A DNA stretch of 64,000 nucleotides from Gemmatimonadota bacterium (GCA_040389905.1 JAZJZK010000034.1:21527-85526), one strand, 5' to 3'. Shown: positions 1 to 10,008, counted from the first letter of the stretch. Made by a program: numbers and translations. Notes: generated by a model not told the origin, from the letters alone.

Positions 1-259
1 AATGGTCGTTCTTGACGTCTCCCTGCAACTTCGCCAACCGAGCACCTAGTGCGCGGATCGAGTCGTTGGTCTGCGCGATGTGCGCGAGGATCTGGTCGAT
101 GCGCTGGCGCTGCGCCGCATCGGCCTGCACGCTCGCCTGTGATGACGCGTCGCGCATCGATCGCAACTCGCTTTGCAGCAGCGCAACGTCACCCTTCGAC
201 GCGAGACACGCCGTCAACAGCAGCGCGGCGAGTGGCGCGAGACGTCTCGGCGCCCTCAT
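1..259 (-). CDS. cpoB: Tol-Pal-associated protein CpoB/YbgF, N-terminal part (runs off the left edge)
   Basis: Not in the ORF track; translated by hand from ATG at 259, which overlaps the pal stop (ATGA): MRAPRRLAPLAALLLTACLASKGDVALLQSELRSMRD... Shows a signal peptide/lipobox and coiled coil, at the canonical position after pal. Confidence 0.7.
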   Translation of the reverse strand, partial: MRAPRRLAPLAALLLTACLASKGDVALLQSELRSMRDASSQASVQADAAQRQRIDQILAHIAQTNDSIRALGARLAKLQGDVKNDH

Positions 260-885
260 GGCCGGGGACGCACCAGCGTGCCGGACGTGTTCTTCGACTC
301 GAACTCCGCGCGGCGGTTTAGCTGGTATGCGGCCTCATCGGTTCCCTGCGACGCAGGCTGCGAATCGCCGAGGCTCTGTGTGGACATCCGGCTTTCCGAG
401 ATGCCCTTGCTCTCGAGATAGCGCTTCACCTGCGCGGCGCGGCGCTGGCCGAGCGCGAGGTTGTATTCTGCCGTCCCCCGCTCGTCGGTGTGCCCGGTAA
501 TCACGATGGTGACACCGCCATTTGCCGCAAGAACGGCCGCCTTTGCGTCCAGCACGGCGCGCGCGTCGTCACGCAACACGTCCTGGTCGTAGTCGAAGTA
601 CACGCGCTGCGACAGCGTATTCGTGAGTTCCGCGCGAACGCGATCGGCTTCGGCGGCTGCGTTGGCAGCCGCGGTCCGTGCGGCCGCGAGGGAGTCCGCG
701 CGGCGCTGGGCCGCAGCATTGGCGGTGCTGATCGAGTCGGCGCGGCGCCGGTTTGCGGCGTTGTTGTCGACGGCGGGCACGGCGGCGGCCGGCGCCGGCT
801 CAGGCTCCGGCTTCTTACGGCACGCAACGAGGCTGGACGTGGCGGCAAGGATGGACATAGCGAGAACAACGTTGCGGCGGGTCAT
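256..885 (-). CDS. pal: Peptidoglycan-associated lipoprotein Pal (OmpA-like domain)
   Basis: Lipobox LVAC; VYFDYD, GHTDERGTAEYNLALGQRRA and NRRAEF motifs. Confidence 0.93.
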   Translation of the reverse strand: MTRRNVVLAMSILAATSSLVACRKKPEPEPAPAAAVPAVDNNAANRRRADSISTANAAAQRRADSLAAARTAAANAAAEADRVRAELTNTLSQRVYFDYDQDVLRDDARAVLDAKAAVLAANGGVTIVITGHTDERGTAEYNLALGQRRAAQVKRYLESKGISESRMSTQSLGDSQPASQGTDEAAYQLNRRAEFESKNTSGTLVRPRP

Positions 886-933
886 GCAGGTCTCCGGGAA
901 TTGGTAAGGATGGCCAGCGGTGACTCAGAAACT

Positions 934-2229
934 TCAATTCGATACGGACAGTCGCGGCGACCACGCGGGGTTTCGCGCCTTGGCGCCGCGAGTGAGTTGC
1001 CGAGTGCGTCCTGTTTCGGTGTCCAGCACCCACAATACCTGGGTGCCGCTGCGATCGGAGGAAAATACCATATGTCTCCCGTCCGGCGCCCATGACGGCT
1101 GTTCATTGCGACCATCGCTCGTGAGTTGCTTCAGGGATCGATCCCGCAAACTGATCGTCATGAGCTGAAAGACGCCGTTGATCCGCGATTGGAATGCGAC
1201 CGTCCGCCCCTCGGGCGACCACGCGGGCTTGGCGCGGAATGCGTTTTCTCCAAACGCCAGCGGCGTCAAGATGTCGGTATTCGTGCCGTCAGCGTCCATC
1301 GTGTATATCTCCGGATGTCCCGAGCGGCCGGAGGTAAAGGCAATCCGTCGACCGTCCGGTGAGAACGTCCCGTCCGTGTTGAGACTTCCGCGGCCAACGG
1401 AGAGCTGGCGCGACGGTCCGCCCTCTGCCGAACACACATAAAGATCCGACCCGTCCAAACCGTGCGCATAGACGATTTCGTCGCCGTCAGGCGTGAAAAC
1501 GGGTGAACTGTACGTCCCCCCGCCACCGGCGGCGACCACATGCGAACGCCCCGTGAGAAGGTCGAACACGATGATCTTGGCAGGCGGCGTGTAGTCGGCG
1601 AACGCGAACTTCGTCCCGCCCGGGTGCCACGCTCCGCCGAGGGGCGTCCCAGGAGCCGTCACCGGGGTCGCCTGCTCGCCATCGGCATCCACCAGCCAGA
1701 GTCGGTTGCCTCGCTCGAACAGCACGCGCGTCGCCGAGATTCCGCGGGTGCCCGTCAGCGACTCCTCGACATCATCGGATAGGCGATGCACCGACGCGCG
1801 CCACGCGCGCATGTCCGTGATTGGCGCGGACGCATAGTCTTTCACGAGCGCCGTCGTCTGCTTGGCAACATCGTACACGGCCATGTGCAATCCAGAACCC
1901 GTCGGCGTCACTTGAACGGCGGCCACAGCACCAAGCTTCGCCAAGAGCGCCCAGGAAGGCGCCGACGCACGCTCCGCGTCGGCCAACGCCGACGCGTCGA
2001 GCACGATCACATTGATCCGATCGCCAAAATCGAGGTCGCGCTGAATGATGAGTCGCGCCGAGTCTGCACCCACACCTCTGCCGGGCAGCACGACGACTCC
2101 AGGCCTGGAACCCGGATCGTAGCTCAGGCCGATCCGCACGCCGCGCGTCGTGGTGTCCTGCGCGGAAAGCGGTGCCGAGAGGAGGAGCAGCGCGGCGAAG
2201 GCACGGCGGACGGACATGTATGACGTCAC
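934..2229 (-). CDS. tolB: Tol-Pal beta-propeller protein TolB
   Basis: Signal peptide and repeated PD40 motifs (FSPDGRRIAF, WSPEG, WAPDGRH); lies between a tolA-like gene and pal. Alternative start is ATG 2217. Confidence 0.9.
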   Translation of the reverse strand: MTSYMSVRRAFAALLLLSAPLSAQDTTTRGVRIGLSYDPGSRPGVVVLPGRGVGADSARLIIQRDLDFGDRINVIVLDASALADAERASAPSWALLAKLGAVAAVQVTPTGSGLHMAVYDVAKQTTALVKDYASAPITDMRAWRASVHRLSDDVEESLTGTRGISATRVLFERGNRLWLVDADGEQATPVTAPGTPLGGAWHPGGTKFAFADYTPPAKIIVFDLLTGRSHVVAAGGGGTYSSPVFTPDGDEIVYAHGLDGSDLYVCSAEGGPSRQLSVGRGSLNTDGTFSPDGRRIAFTSGRSGHPEIYTMDADGTNTDILTPLAFGENAFRAKPAWSPEGRTVAFQSRINGVFQLMTISLRDRSLKQLTSDGRNEQPSWAPDGRHMVFSSDRSGTQVLWVLDTETGRTRQLTRGAKARNPAWSPRLSVSN

Positions 2230-2930
2230 CGAATGAGTCGTGGGTCGAAGCTGAAAATCACAGGCAGTACATCGTCGGCGTATCCCGACGGCAATGCACC
2301 AAATTTTGACGAAGCCAACTCGACGGCAGCCTTTGCGTCCTCATCGAACGAATACACGCCCGATCGTTTGGTGAGGCGGAGACCGGCGACCGATCCATCG
2401 CGCCTGATGAGGAACGCGACCTCAGCCTGAAGCGCTCCGCGCACTTTTGGCTTGAATTCGACCGCGATCCGCCGAACGATGTTGTCGAGATACCCTTGAT
2501 AGGGGAAGGCAGGTCCGTCGATTTTCACATTCGCCACGTCGGCTCCCTTTCCTCCTTCCGGCCCGCCCCCTGCCTTGACGGGCGCGGCCGCCGGAGGCGT
2601 TACGGCGGCGGCGTTGGGCGTGGCAACCTTGGGCGCGCGCGCCGCTGGCTTCTTCGCCGGTGCCTTCAGTCGCGCCGGCTCCGGCGTCGCCGCCGCGACT
2701 GGAGCCGGAGCGGGAGTCACTGGTGCCGCCTCTGGCGCGGGTTGCACCACGCCGATTTGCCGCTCGCCGGGGGGCGCCGCCACGAGATTGACGCGGTACG
2801 ACGGTGCGGGCGCCGCCGCGGGCGCGGACCGCATAACGAAAAACAACGCGACGCCCGTGGCGTGCAATAGAGCGGACGCCAGGAACGGGGTACGGAGCGT
2901 CGGGCCGTCGTGCATGACCGTCGCACTCAT
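2226..2930 (-). CDS. TolA/TonB-family energy transducer
   Basis: N-terminal TM helix with SxxxH (SALLH), Pro/Ala-rich linker and TonB C-terminal domain; occupies the tolA position. Confidence 0.82.
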   Translation of the reverse strand: MSATVMHDGPTLRTPFLASALLHATGVALFFVMRSAPAAAPAPSYRVNLVAAPPGERQIGVVQPAPEAAPVTPAPAPVAAATPEPARLKAPAKKPAARAPKVATPNAAAVTPPAAAPVKAGGGPEGGKGADVANVKIDGPAFPYQGYLDNIVRRIAVEFKPKVRGALQAEVAFLIRRDGSVAGLRLTKRSGVYSFDEDAKAAVELASSKFGALPSGYADDVLPVIFSFDPRLIR

Positions 2931-3337
2931 TTCGCCGTCTCCGGGTCGGTCACGAGACCGACGTCGCTGACGCCCGCGGCGCGCATGATCGCGAGCACCT
3001 GCGTGACGATGCCATACGGAACGCCCTCGTCACCCCGCAGGTACACGCCGTCGCGCGTCCGGTTCGCCGCGAGCGTCTTGAACGCCGCGCGAAACTCCCC
3101 CAACGACATCTTCGTTTCATCGACGTACACAGCCCCGCTTCGGTCGACGCTCACGACGAGACCACTCTTCGCCTCGAGCGGTTTGGCATCGGCCTTCGGC
3201 AGCGCCACATCGACTCCGCCCTGCATCATCGGAGCGGTAATCATGAAGATCACGAGCAACAGAAGCATCACGTCGATCAGGCTGACGACGTTGATCTCCG
3301 CGTTGAGCGGCATCCCTTCGCGACGGCGTCGTCGCAC
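2927..3337 (-). CDS. tolR: TolR/ExbD biopolymer transport protein
   Basis: EINVVSLIDVMLLLLVIFMITAP motif. Confidence 0.9.
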   Translation of the reverse strand: MRRRRREGMPLNAEINVVSLIDVMLLLLVIFMITAPMMQGGVDVALPKADAKPLEAKSGLVVSVDRSGAVYVDETKMSLGEFRAAFKTLAANRTRDGVYLRGDEGVPYGIVTQVLAIMRAAGVSDVGLVTDPETAK

Positions 3338-3338
3338 C

Positions 3339-4067
3339 TTAGATGCGTCCTTCCCGAACGAGCATCGAAATCACCGTCGTGCCGAAGCCCTCGAGCAGAT
3401 TGTCCAGCCGGTTGAGCCGGTTGGCCAGGATGTTGTACCCGAATGTGGCGGGAATGGCCACGCTCAGCGCCGCGGCGGTCGCCACGAGCGCCTGCGCCAC
3501 ACCAGGCGCGACCGCGGAGATGTTGCCCGACCCCCGCGTCGAGATACCAACGAACGCGCTGATGATGCCCAGCACGGTACCCAGCAGACCGATGAGCGGG
3601 CTCGCCGATCCAATCGTTGCCAGCCACGGCAGAAACCGACCGAGACGATCGCGCTCCGACAGCGATTCTGCATCCAGCACCAGTCGCAGTGTCTCCACGC
3701 GGGAAATGGATGCCACGGCAGAGTTTGCCCCGTCAGCAGGCTGACCCTCGCCGCCACGAGCGCGCGTCGTGTCACCGACGAACTGCAACGCCCGCACCAG
3801 TAATCGCTGCGCCGCATTCGGCGACGAATGCTTCGACACTTCACCGGCCGCCGAGAGGCGCGATGCGCGCTCGACATCACGCGCAAACGCGGTCGAGGTC
3901 TTCAAGGACTTCGACAGCTGGTGGCCTGCCCCGATCATGATCGCCCAACTCACCAGCGAGAGCACGATCAGAATGGCGAGCACGCTCTTGGTCTCGATTC
4001 CCGCGTTGAGGATGAGATCCTTCGCCGAGGTCGGCACCGCGCCCGCCGCCTGCAGGAAGAAGATCAT
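3339..4067 (-). CDS. tolQ: TolQ/ExbB (MotA family) proton channel
   Basis: LATIGSASPLIGLLGTVLGI and VAPGVAQALVATA motifs. Confidence 0.9.
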   Translation of the reverse strand: MIFFLQAAGAVPTSAKDLILNAGIETKSVLAILIVLSLVSWAIMIGAGHQLSKSLKTSTAFARDVERASRLSAAGEVSKHSSPNAAQRLLVRALQFVGDTTRARGGEGQPADGANSAVASISRVETLRLVLDAESLSERDRLGRFLPWLATIGSASPLIGLLGTVLGIISAFVGISTRGSGNISAVAPGVAQALVATAAALSVAIPATFGYNILANRLNRLDNLLEGFGTTVISMLVREGRI

Positions 4068-5041
4068 GCCGCGTCTCCCGTGCGCAACCGCTCGGCGTGA
4101 CGCGCCGCAAACCAGTCGTACGTCTGCTTCAACCCAGCATCGAGTGACGTGCTCGGCGACCAGCCGAGCAACTGGCCAGCCTTCCCGACATCCAGGTATG
4201 AGGTGCGCTGTTCACCCGGCCGTTCCGGCGCGTGCTCGATACGCGGCTCGACGCCCGCCGCCGCAGCCAGCCCGTTCGCGAGCGTGAGCACGTCGGTCGC
4301 CACGCCCGTGCCCACATTGAAGGCGCGCGCATCCAGGAGCGCGCGGTCAGGCAACGGCTTCGTGGCCGCGAGCCACGTCACATCGACGACGTCGCCAACG
4401 TACACGTAGTCGCGCGTCTGCAATCCATCGCCAAACACAGTCAGCGGTGTACCGGTAAGGAGGCGGCCGCAGAAAATTGCCACCACGCCCGCTTCGCCGT
4501 GTGGGTCCTGGCGAGGCCCGTAGACGTTGGCGTACCGCACGACGGCCGACTCCACGCCGTGCACGCGGCCGTAGTACGCGAGATAGTTCTCGACGGCGAG
4601 CTTCGCGATCGCGTAGGGCGATTCCGGATTCTTCTCGAACGTCTCCACGTTGGGGGGGGTCGTGTAGTCGCCGTAGACGGCACCGCCTGTCGACGAAAAC
4701 ACGATCCGCGTGGCCGGCGAGTGATGTCGGACGGCCTCAAAGAGGTTGAGGGACCCCACGATGTTGGTGTCCGCATCGAACATCGGTTCCGCCACGCTCT
4801 TTCGCACGTCCATCTGGGCCGCGAGATGTACGAGCACACTCGGCTGCAGCGACCTGACCAGGTCAGCGGCCGCCGCGTCGCGAATGTCGACTTCGTGAAA
4901 TGTGGCGCCCTCGGCGAGGTTCTCCCGTTTCCCCGTGACCAGGTTGTCGGCGATGTGAACCGTCCACCCTTCCGCGAGAAATCGTTCAGCGACGTGTGAC
5001 CCGATGAATCCGGCGCCGCCAGTGATCAAGACCGTGTTCAT
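4064..5041 (-). CDS. NAD-dependent epimerase/dehydratase (UDP-glucose 4-epimerase-like)
   Basis: Start trimmed to MNTVLITGGAGFIGS; YAIAK catalytic motif and RYANVYGPRQDPHGEAGVV. Confidence 0.88.
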   Translation of the reverse strand: MNTVLITGGAGFIGSHVAERFLAEGWTVHIADNLVTGKRENLAEGATFHEVDIRDAAAADLVRSLQPSVLVHLAAQMDVRKSVAEPMFDADTNIVGSLNLFEAVRHHSPATRIVFSSTGGAVYGDYTTPPNVETFEKNPESPYAIAKLAVENYLAYYGRVHGVESAVVRYANVYGPRQDPHGEAGVVAIFCGRLLTGTPLTVFGDGLQTRDYVYVGDVVDVTWLAATKPLPDRALLDARAFNVGTGVATDVLTLANGLAAAAGVEPRIEHAPERPGEQRTSYLDVGKAGQLLGWSPSTSLDAGLKQTYDWFAARHAERLRTGDAA

Positions 5042-5081
5042 AGTGGAGTGGCTGGATGAGAACCGACAAGAACCTGAAAGC

Positions 5082-5320
5082 TTTTGAATGCAGAGGACGC
5101 AAAGGAACAACGGAACGGCCTTGACCACGGAGGACACAGAAAACACGGAGAAAAGCACCGTCAATGCAGTTCTCTGTAGTTCTCTGCGCCCTTTGCGACC
5201 TCTGCGTTTAAATTTGCCCCTGCAAAGAAAACAGAGCTCACTGCACCCGAGCAACGCAGTCCTCTGTGTTCCTCTGTGTCCTCTGTGGTAACCGCCGTTG
5301 CTATTGCTGTTGCTATTGCA
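5082..5320. repeat. Composite intergenic palindromic repeat (two interleaved inverted-repeat pairs plus a 6-mer tract)
   Basis: 5083-5105 pairs with 5190-5212, and 5124-5150 pairs with 5262-5289; a GTTGCT/ATTGCT tract follows at about 5297-5320. Confidence 0.8.
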
Positions 5321-5472
5321 GACCGGACGCACAAACGGCGTCGCGGCGAGAGCCGCGGCGCCGATATGGAGCGTAATTGGCGACGACGTGGGCGATCGCG
5401 GTCGTTCTATCGCCCTAATCTAATGTTCGAACGTGCGATACGTCATTCCGTCGGCGCGGCGGACGCGCGTGG

Positions 5473-6600
5473 TCACGGCATCCGGGCCGTAATGCGAACG
5501 CTCTCGCCAACCTTGATCGCCGGTTGGTTCACCTTGATGACCCGCGCGGTGCTTCCGTACGGCGTCACGCGAATGACCTGCGCCCGTGCGATCGACACCT
5601 CGGGGATCGCGGGACGCTCACCCGGAACCTCCTTCTCGCGCGGCCGGAACAATTCGACTTCGTCGCCGATGCGCATGCCATCCTTCGAACCGAGGTCGAA
5701 GAGGACTTCATAGTCCAGCGACGGGAGGACGGCGTTGCGATGAATGGCCCGCACCGTGGTCGTCCGCGTGTCGGAATACACCACCGGCGAGGCCGTGCTC
5801 CCGGCCCCGGCCGTGTCGATCGCAATCACGGCGGCGTTGGCGTTCACCATGCCATAGAGTTCGCGCACTTCCACCGTGGCTGCCTCGCCGTTGCGCGGCG
5901 CGCGCACCACTTCGAGGAGTGCCGTCGGAATGACGATCGTCCCAACGCCTTCGATCGTTTCGCCAAGGGTATAGGCAATGAATCGTTCGCGCTCGGCGGC
6001 GACGCTCCCGACGGGCGGGACCATGAGCACCTTGTCGAACATCTGAAAATTCGACGTTGAGCGCGCCATGGCGATACCGGGAATGTCGGCGCCGAAGAGA
6101 AGCTTCCCTGCACCGGCCGGCCCCTTTTCCGGAGCAATCCAGGCGGCGCGAACGACGTCACCAAATGCCACGTGCGGCGGCGGAACGGGCGCGGCTGCCT
6201 TTAAAGCAACCTTCCGGAGGCCGGCCGGCGTGAAAACGGTGGTCGCCGGAGGCGCAACGGGGCGCTGCGCGATAATCGGGGCATCCGTTGGCGCCGCGGC
6301 GGGCTCCGCGCCCGGAAGCCGCAGGATTTCGCCCGGATAGATCCAATGCGGATCGTCGATCTGATCGGTGTTGAGCCGGTAAATACCTGGCCAGAGATAG
6401 GCGTCGCCGAGATACCGCTTCGCCAAATCCCAGAGCGTATCGCCCTTCTTGACGGTGTGCGTCGTGGGCGTGTCGGCACGTACGTCCTGCGCCTGCACGG
6501 AACCCGACGAGGCCAGGAGGATCAGACCGGCTGTGGAAACGGACCAGCCAGAACGGAGAATGTTCACGCGCTCAGGGGCTGTTGCGCCATGCGATGGCAC
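5473..6600 (-). CDS. LysM peptidoglycan-binding domain protein
   Basis: Signal peptide, then THTVKKGDTLWDLAKRYLG...WPGIY..N...PHWIYPGEILRLP. Confidence 0.88.
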   Translation of the reverse strand: MPSHGATAPERVNILRSGWSVSTAGLILLASSGSVQAQDVRADTPTTHTVKKGDTLWDLAKRYLGDAYLWPGIYRLNTDQIDDPHWIYPGEILRLPGAEPAAAPTDAPIIAQRPVAPPATTVFTPAGLRKVALKAAAPVPPPHVAFGDVVRAAWIAPEKGPAGAGKLLFGADIPGIAMARSTSNFQMFDKVLMVPPVGSVAAERERFIAYTLGETIEGVGTIVIPTALLEVVRAPRNGEAATVEVRELYGMVNANAAVIAIDTAGAGSTASPVVYSDTRTTTVRAIHRNAVLPSLDYEVLFDLGSKDGMRIGDEVELFRPREKEVPGERPAIPEVSIARAQVIRVTPYGSTARVIKVNQPAIKVGESVRITARMP

Positions 6601-6734
6601 ATATGGATACGTCGGACGTCCGCCGGCAGCGGCGGTGCTCGATAACTGACGACTGGCGGCCTAATTGAGAAACCGGCCGACTCGCGATAATAGTCGCGGG
6701 TCAGCCGGTAGCACAACTGCCAACCAGCGACGGG

Positions 6735-8666
6735 CTAAGGATTTAGAGGCTGGCCTCGGCTCCTGCGTCTGGCGTCGCGCGCCTTGTACTGCACTTCGGA
6801 CTGGCGCTGGCACGCGGCCACGAGCCGTCGGGTGGAGTCTGTCAGGACAGTCCAGCGAGCCTCATTGAATCTCGCGCCAAGTGCAATCCGCACAGAGTCT
6901 CGTGAGCCTTGCGGCGAATACGGGCCATAGGCGCGGGCAAGATCCCTCTCTGCCGCAGAGGTGTCCCCGAGAGCGAGATTGGCGCGCGCCCTTACCGCCA
7001 TGGCACTCGATCGCCCCGCAACGCACGCTGGAGACGCCATCATGGCCACCGACGAATCCGAATACGCGAGCGACGCACGTGGTTCGCCACGGACGAGTGC
7101 GAGGTAGGCAAGGGACCGGTAGCCGAACCCACGCTCATTCCGACAGCCACGCTCCAGGGACGATTCCTCTCCGTAGAGGGGAAAGCGGCCCGCGGGACGC
7201 GTACACGATTGCGCAACCTTCGCCCGAATCCGCTGGACAATCGACGGATCGCGAGCGTCGTCAGGCCGGGCGTCCATCCCCCAGTAGTAGTGAAAGTCAC
7301 CGGCTTCGCTCTCCAGGAATCGTGCCTCCCAGAGCTTTTTCGTTTCCGCGTCGGCGTAGCGTTCCACCAAGGACATCGCGTCGCTGTTCCCCAAGCGCTG
7401 CGGCGATCGGCGATAGAGTGAGTCCAGGACCGGTAACCATGCGCGAATCGAGTCGGCCAGACCGCGTGGCTCCCGCAGTTCGATCTCATGAAGGGCGCGG
7501 CCGAGATCCACGAACACCCGAGGATCCTCGGGGTGCTCCCGGACAAGGCGCTTGACCCAGAATTCGGCGCGCGCAGGCTCCTCGATTCGCCAGGCAAAGA
7601 TCGCCATGTCGTGCAGGCGCTCCGCGTCCAATGACGGCACCACCGACAACTTGTTCTCGAAGGAAGCGTAGCGCCGCTCCGCACTCTCAAAAAAGTCAAT
7701 GAATCGCGCGAGCCCTTCCCTTTTCGTTCCATAGCTCGCATGCGCCCATCCCGCTGGATGATCGGGGAAGTACTTCTTGAGCGAGTCCGGGACATTCACC
7801 CTGGGGTTCACGCGCGCCGGCGCCGACGACGCGTCAGGCTCGGCAAATGTCTCATTGGCCGCCAGCAACGCCGCGAGGGTGGGTTTGCCGTCCGCACCTC
7901 GAGCAATCGCCCCCCAGGGGAACGCCCCATCCATGTCGAAGTCCTCGCCGAGGCTGTCGGTGACAGAGAGTTGCACGGACAGGAAAGTCGCCGGCAGGGT
8001 CAGGTGCCCTTCGTAGACGCCGTCGCGAGTTGGAAGCAGCGTGGCGAGTGAGTCGCCAACTCTGACGTCCCAAAGGCGCGCACGACGGTTCGTGGTGGCG
8101 GGTCCGGAGTAGAGACCAACCAATACGAGTCGGGGCGCAGCCCGGAACCACGGCGCCGGCGTGTAACGCACCGTGACAATGGACCCCGGCGTGTTAGTCG
8201 CCGGCGACAAGGTCAGCCGCTGCACTGCTGATGCCTGAAGCCCTCCACCGCGCGGCCAGACAACCACCGCAATCGTGGCGGCGGCGGCGAGGAGGCCGCC
8301 CATTGCCAGCCTTCTCGATGCACGCCGAGCGGGGAGGGGCCAGTGCCTCGTGGGGCGGAGCGACGGCGCTTGCTCCCAAGGCGTCGCGTCTGGCGCTGGC
8401 GTCATTCGTTGAGGCTCTTCCGTCAGCGGGCGTTCTTCGGCAGCGCCTGCGATTCGCGACCACAGATCGGCTGGGACCGCTTCGACAGTGGACTGGCGCG
8501 CACGATCGCCAAAGGACCGAATTTCGTCGACGACAGCTTGGCATCGTCCACAGCGCGCAACGTGTCGGCCTACGCGCGTGCGCGCCGCTTCGACGTCGGG
8601 CCGGTCCACGTGCGCGGACAGGGAGTCGAAAGCCGGATGCAATATGTCGAATGCTTGCGTCTTCAT
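6735..8666 (-). CDS. Putative membrane-anchored anti-sigma factor with large extracytoplasmic, TPR-like domain
   Basis: HxxxCxxC (HVARCGRC) zinc anti-sigma motif near the N terminus and one TM helix (LAMGGLLAAAATIAVVVW); overlaps the stop of the ECF sigma gene. Confidence 0.65.
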   Translation of the reverse strand: MKTQAFDILHPAFDSLSAHVDRPDVEAARTRVGRHVARCGRCQAVVDEIRSFGDRARQSTVEAVPADLWSRIAGAAEERPLTEEPQRMTPAPDATPWEQAPSLRPTRHWPLPARRASRRLAMGGLLAAAATIAVVVWPRGGGLQASAVQRLTLSPATNTPGSIVTVRYTPAPWFRAAPRLVLVGLYSGPATTNRRARLWDVRVGDSLATLLPTRDGVYEGHLTLPATFLSVQLSVTDSLGEDFDMDGAFPWGAIARGADGKPTLAALLAANETFAEPDASSAPARVNPRVNVPDSLKKYFPDHPAGWAHASYGTKREGLARFIDFFESAERRYASFENKLSVVPSLDAERLHDMAIFAWRIEEPARAEFWVKRLVREHPEDPRVFVDLGRALHEIELREPRGLADSIRAWLPVLDSLYRRSPQRLGNSDAMSLVERYADAETKKLWEARFLESEAGDFHYYWGMDARPDDARDPSIVQRIRAKVAQSCTRPAGRFPLYGEESSLERGCRNERGFGYRSLAYLALVRGEPRASLAYSDSSVAMMASPACVAGRSSAMAVRARANLALGDTSAAERDLARAYGPYSPQGSRDSVRIALGARFNEARWTVLTDSTRRLVAACQRQSEVQYKARDARRRSRGQPLNP

Positions 8667-9241
8667 CGTGATCCCCTCAACAGTTCACGCAGCTCGCGCC
8701 GAGCCCGGTGAAGCCGAACCTCCGAATTCGCCCGGCTGATTCCCAGCAACTCGGCGATTTCTGCGTGGTCGTAGCCTTCGACCTCCTTGAGGAGGAAGAC
8801 CGTCCGGTGCTCAGCCGACAACGTGCCGAGCGCCGCATCGATGGTCAGTCGCTCTGGCGTGCCGTCGCCCGTGGCGAAGAGACCGGCAACGGAATCGACG
8901 CTGACCTCGCGCCGCCGGCGTCCACTGCGGAGGTGCATCAAGGCCTGCCGGACCGCCACCTTCCGTATCCAGCCGGGAAAGCTCGCGGCCGCTCCGGTGA
9001 AGCCGTCGATGGCTCCAGACAGGCGGAGAAACAGATCCTGCGTGACGTCTTCGGCGTCGGCGCGGTGGCCAGTCAATCGCAGCGCGGTTCGATAGACGAG
9101 GTCGCCATGCTTGGCGAAGAGCTCGCCAAGCGCGGTCATGTCGTTCGCCTGAACACGATCCAGGCGGGCGCGGAAAAGCTGCGGAGGCTCGTCGTCGACC
9201 GTCATCGGACCGGACTGAACGGCAATGGTCGTTGGAGGCAT
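8663..9241 (-). CDS. ECF-type RNA polymerase sigma factor
   Basis: Region 2 (DAEDVTQDLFLRL) and region 4 (RTVFLLKEVEGYDHAEIAELLGISRANSEVRLHRAR). Confidence 0.92.
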   Translation of the reverse strand: MPPTTIAVQSGPMTVDDEPPQLFRARLDRVQANDMTALGELFAKHGDLVYRTALRLTGHRADAEDVTQDLFLRLSGAIDGFTGAAASFPGWIRKVAVRQALMHLRSGRRRREVSVDSVAGLFATGDGTPERLTIDAALGTLSAEHRTVFLLKEVEGYDHAEIAELLGISRANSEVRLHRARRELRELLRGSR

Positions 9242-9282
9242 AGACCCAAGATGCCGGCCATGATCAAAAGCTTACACGCGAC

Positions 9283-9316
9283 TCGGCGGCGAGGAGCACT
9301 GGCTCCCCGCCGCCGA
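9283..9316. terminator. GC-rich hairpin downstream of ssb (possible terminator)
   Basis: TCGGCGGCG-A-GGAGC / GCTCC-C-CGCCGCCGA stem; there is no clear U-tract on the minus strand. Confidence 0.4.
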
Positions 9317-9337
9317 ATTATCCACATGCAGTCGGTG

Positions 9338-9844
9338 TCAGAACGGCAGGTCGTCGTCGTCGTCCGCAAGGGCTCCCGGGAAGTCTTCGAAGTCGTCGCC
9401 GCCCGCTCCGGCCTTGGCCTTGGCGGGTGCCGGGGCGCGCGACTGGCCGTTGGACGCTGCACTATCGAAGTCGCTCGCGCCACGGCCCGCACCCCCTGAT
9501 CCGCCGCCCAGCATGATCAGCTCACGAACGTTGATCTCTGTGGCGTAGCGCGTCTGGTTCTCCTTGTCCTGCCATTGGCGGTACTCGATTCGACCCTCGA
9601 CGAACAGCTTGTCGCCTTTGTGGACATACTTTTCGACGATGTCGGCAAGCTGCGAATTCTTCGTATTCCACACCACGCAGCGGTGCCACTCGGTCTTTTC
9701 CTGCTTCGCCCCACCGGCATCGTTCCACGACCGGCTGGTGGCGAGCGAGAAGGTTGCGACGCGATTTCCTCCGGTGGTCGACCGTACTTCGGGATCGTTC
9801 CCGAGGTTTCCGATCAGCGTCACCTTGTTCAAGCTCCGGCTCAT
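9338..9844 (-). CDS. ssb: Single-stranded DNA-binding protein
   Basis: SLNKVTLIGNLGNDPEVR start and acidic DDDDLPF tail. Confidence 0.97.
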   Translation of the reverse strand: MSRSLNKVTLIGNLGNDPEVRSTTGGNRVATFSLATSRSWNDAGGAKQEKTEWHRCVVWNTKNSQLADIVEKYVHKGDKLFVEGRIEYRQWQDKENQTRYATEINVRELIMLGGGSGGAGRGASDFDSAASNGQSRAPAPAKAKAGAGGDDFEDFPGALADDDDDLPF

Positions 9845-10008
9845 TTGCTTCCTCCCATGACGAGAATTTATTGCTTCGCCAAAATGCTAGTCACACGCAC
9901 CCTATGTTGCATCATCAAAAAACCGCGCGTAACATACAAATCAGCGCAAAACCATTAAACACCAGCATTACAACGTTTTATACGACATATCTCACGTGAC
10001 ACTTTACT

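Noticed and set aside
5042..5332. N-terminal extension of the epimerase and the 67-aa plus ORF at 5088-5291
   Set aside because: These are translations of the periodic repeats (TTEDTENTE, LCVPLCPLW). The Rossmann motif starts at 5041.
9845..10008. AT-rich spacer upstream of ssb as an sRNA or SOS box
   Set aside because: Consistent with an ordinary promoter region. No convincing palindrome shared with the uvrB or radC upstream regions could be identified by eye.
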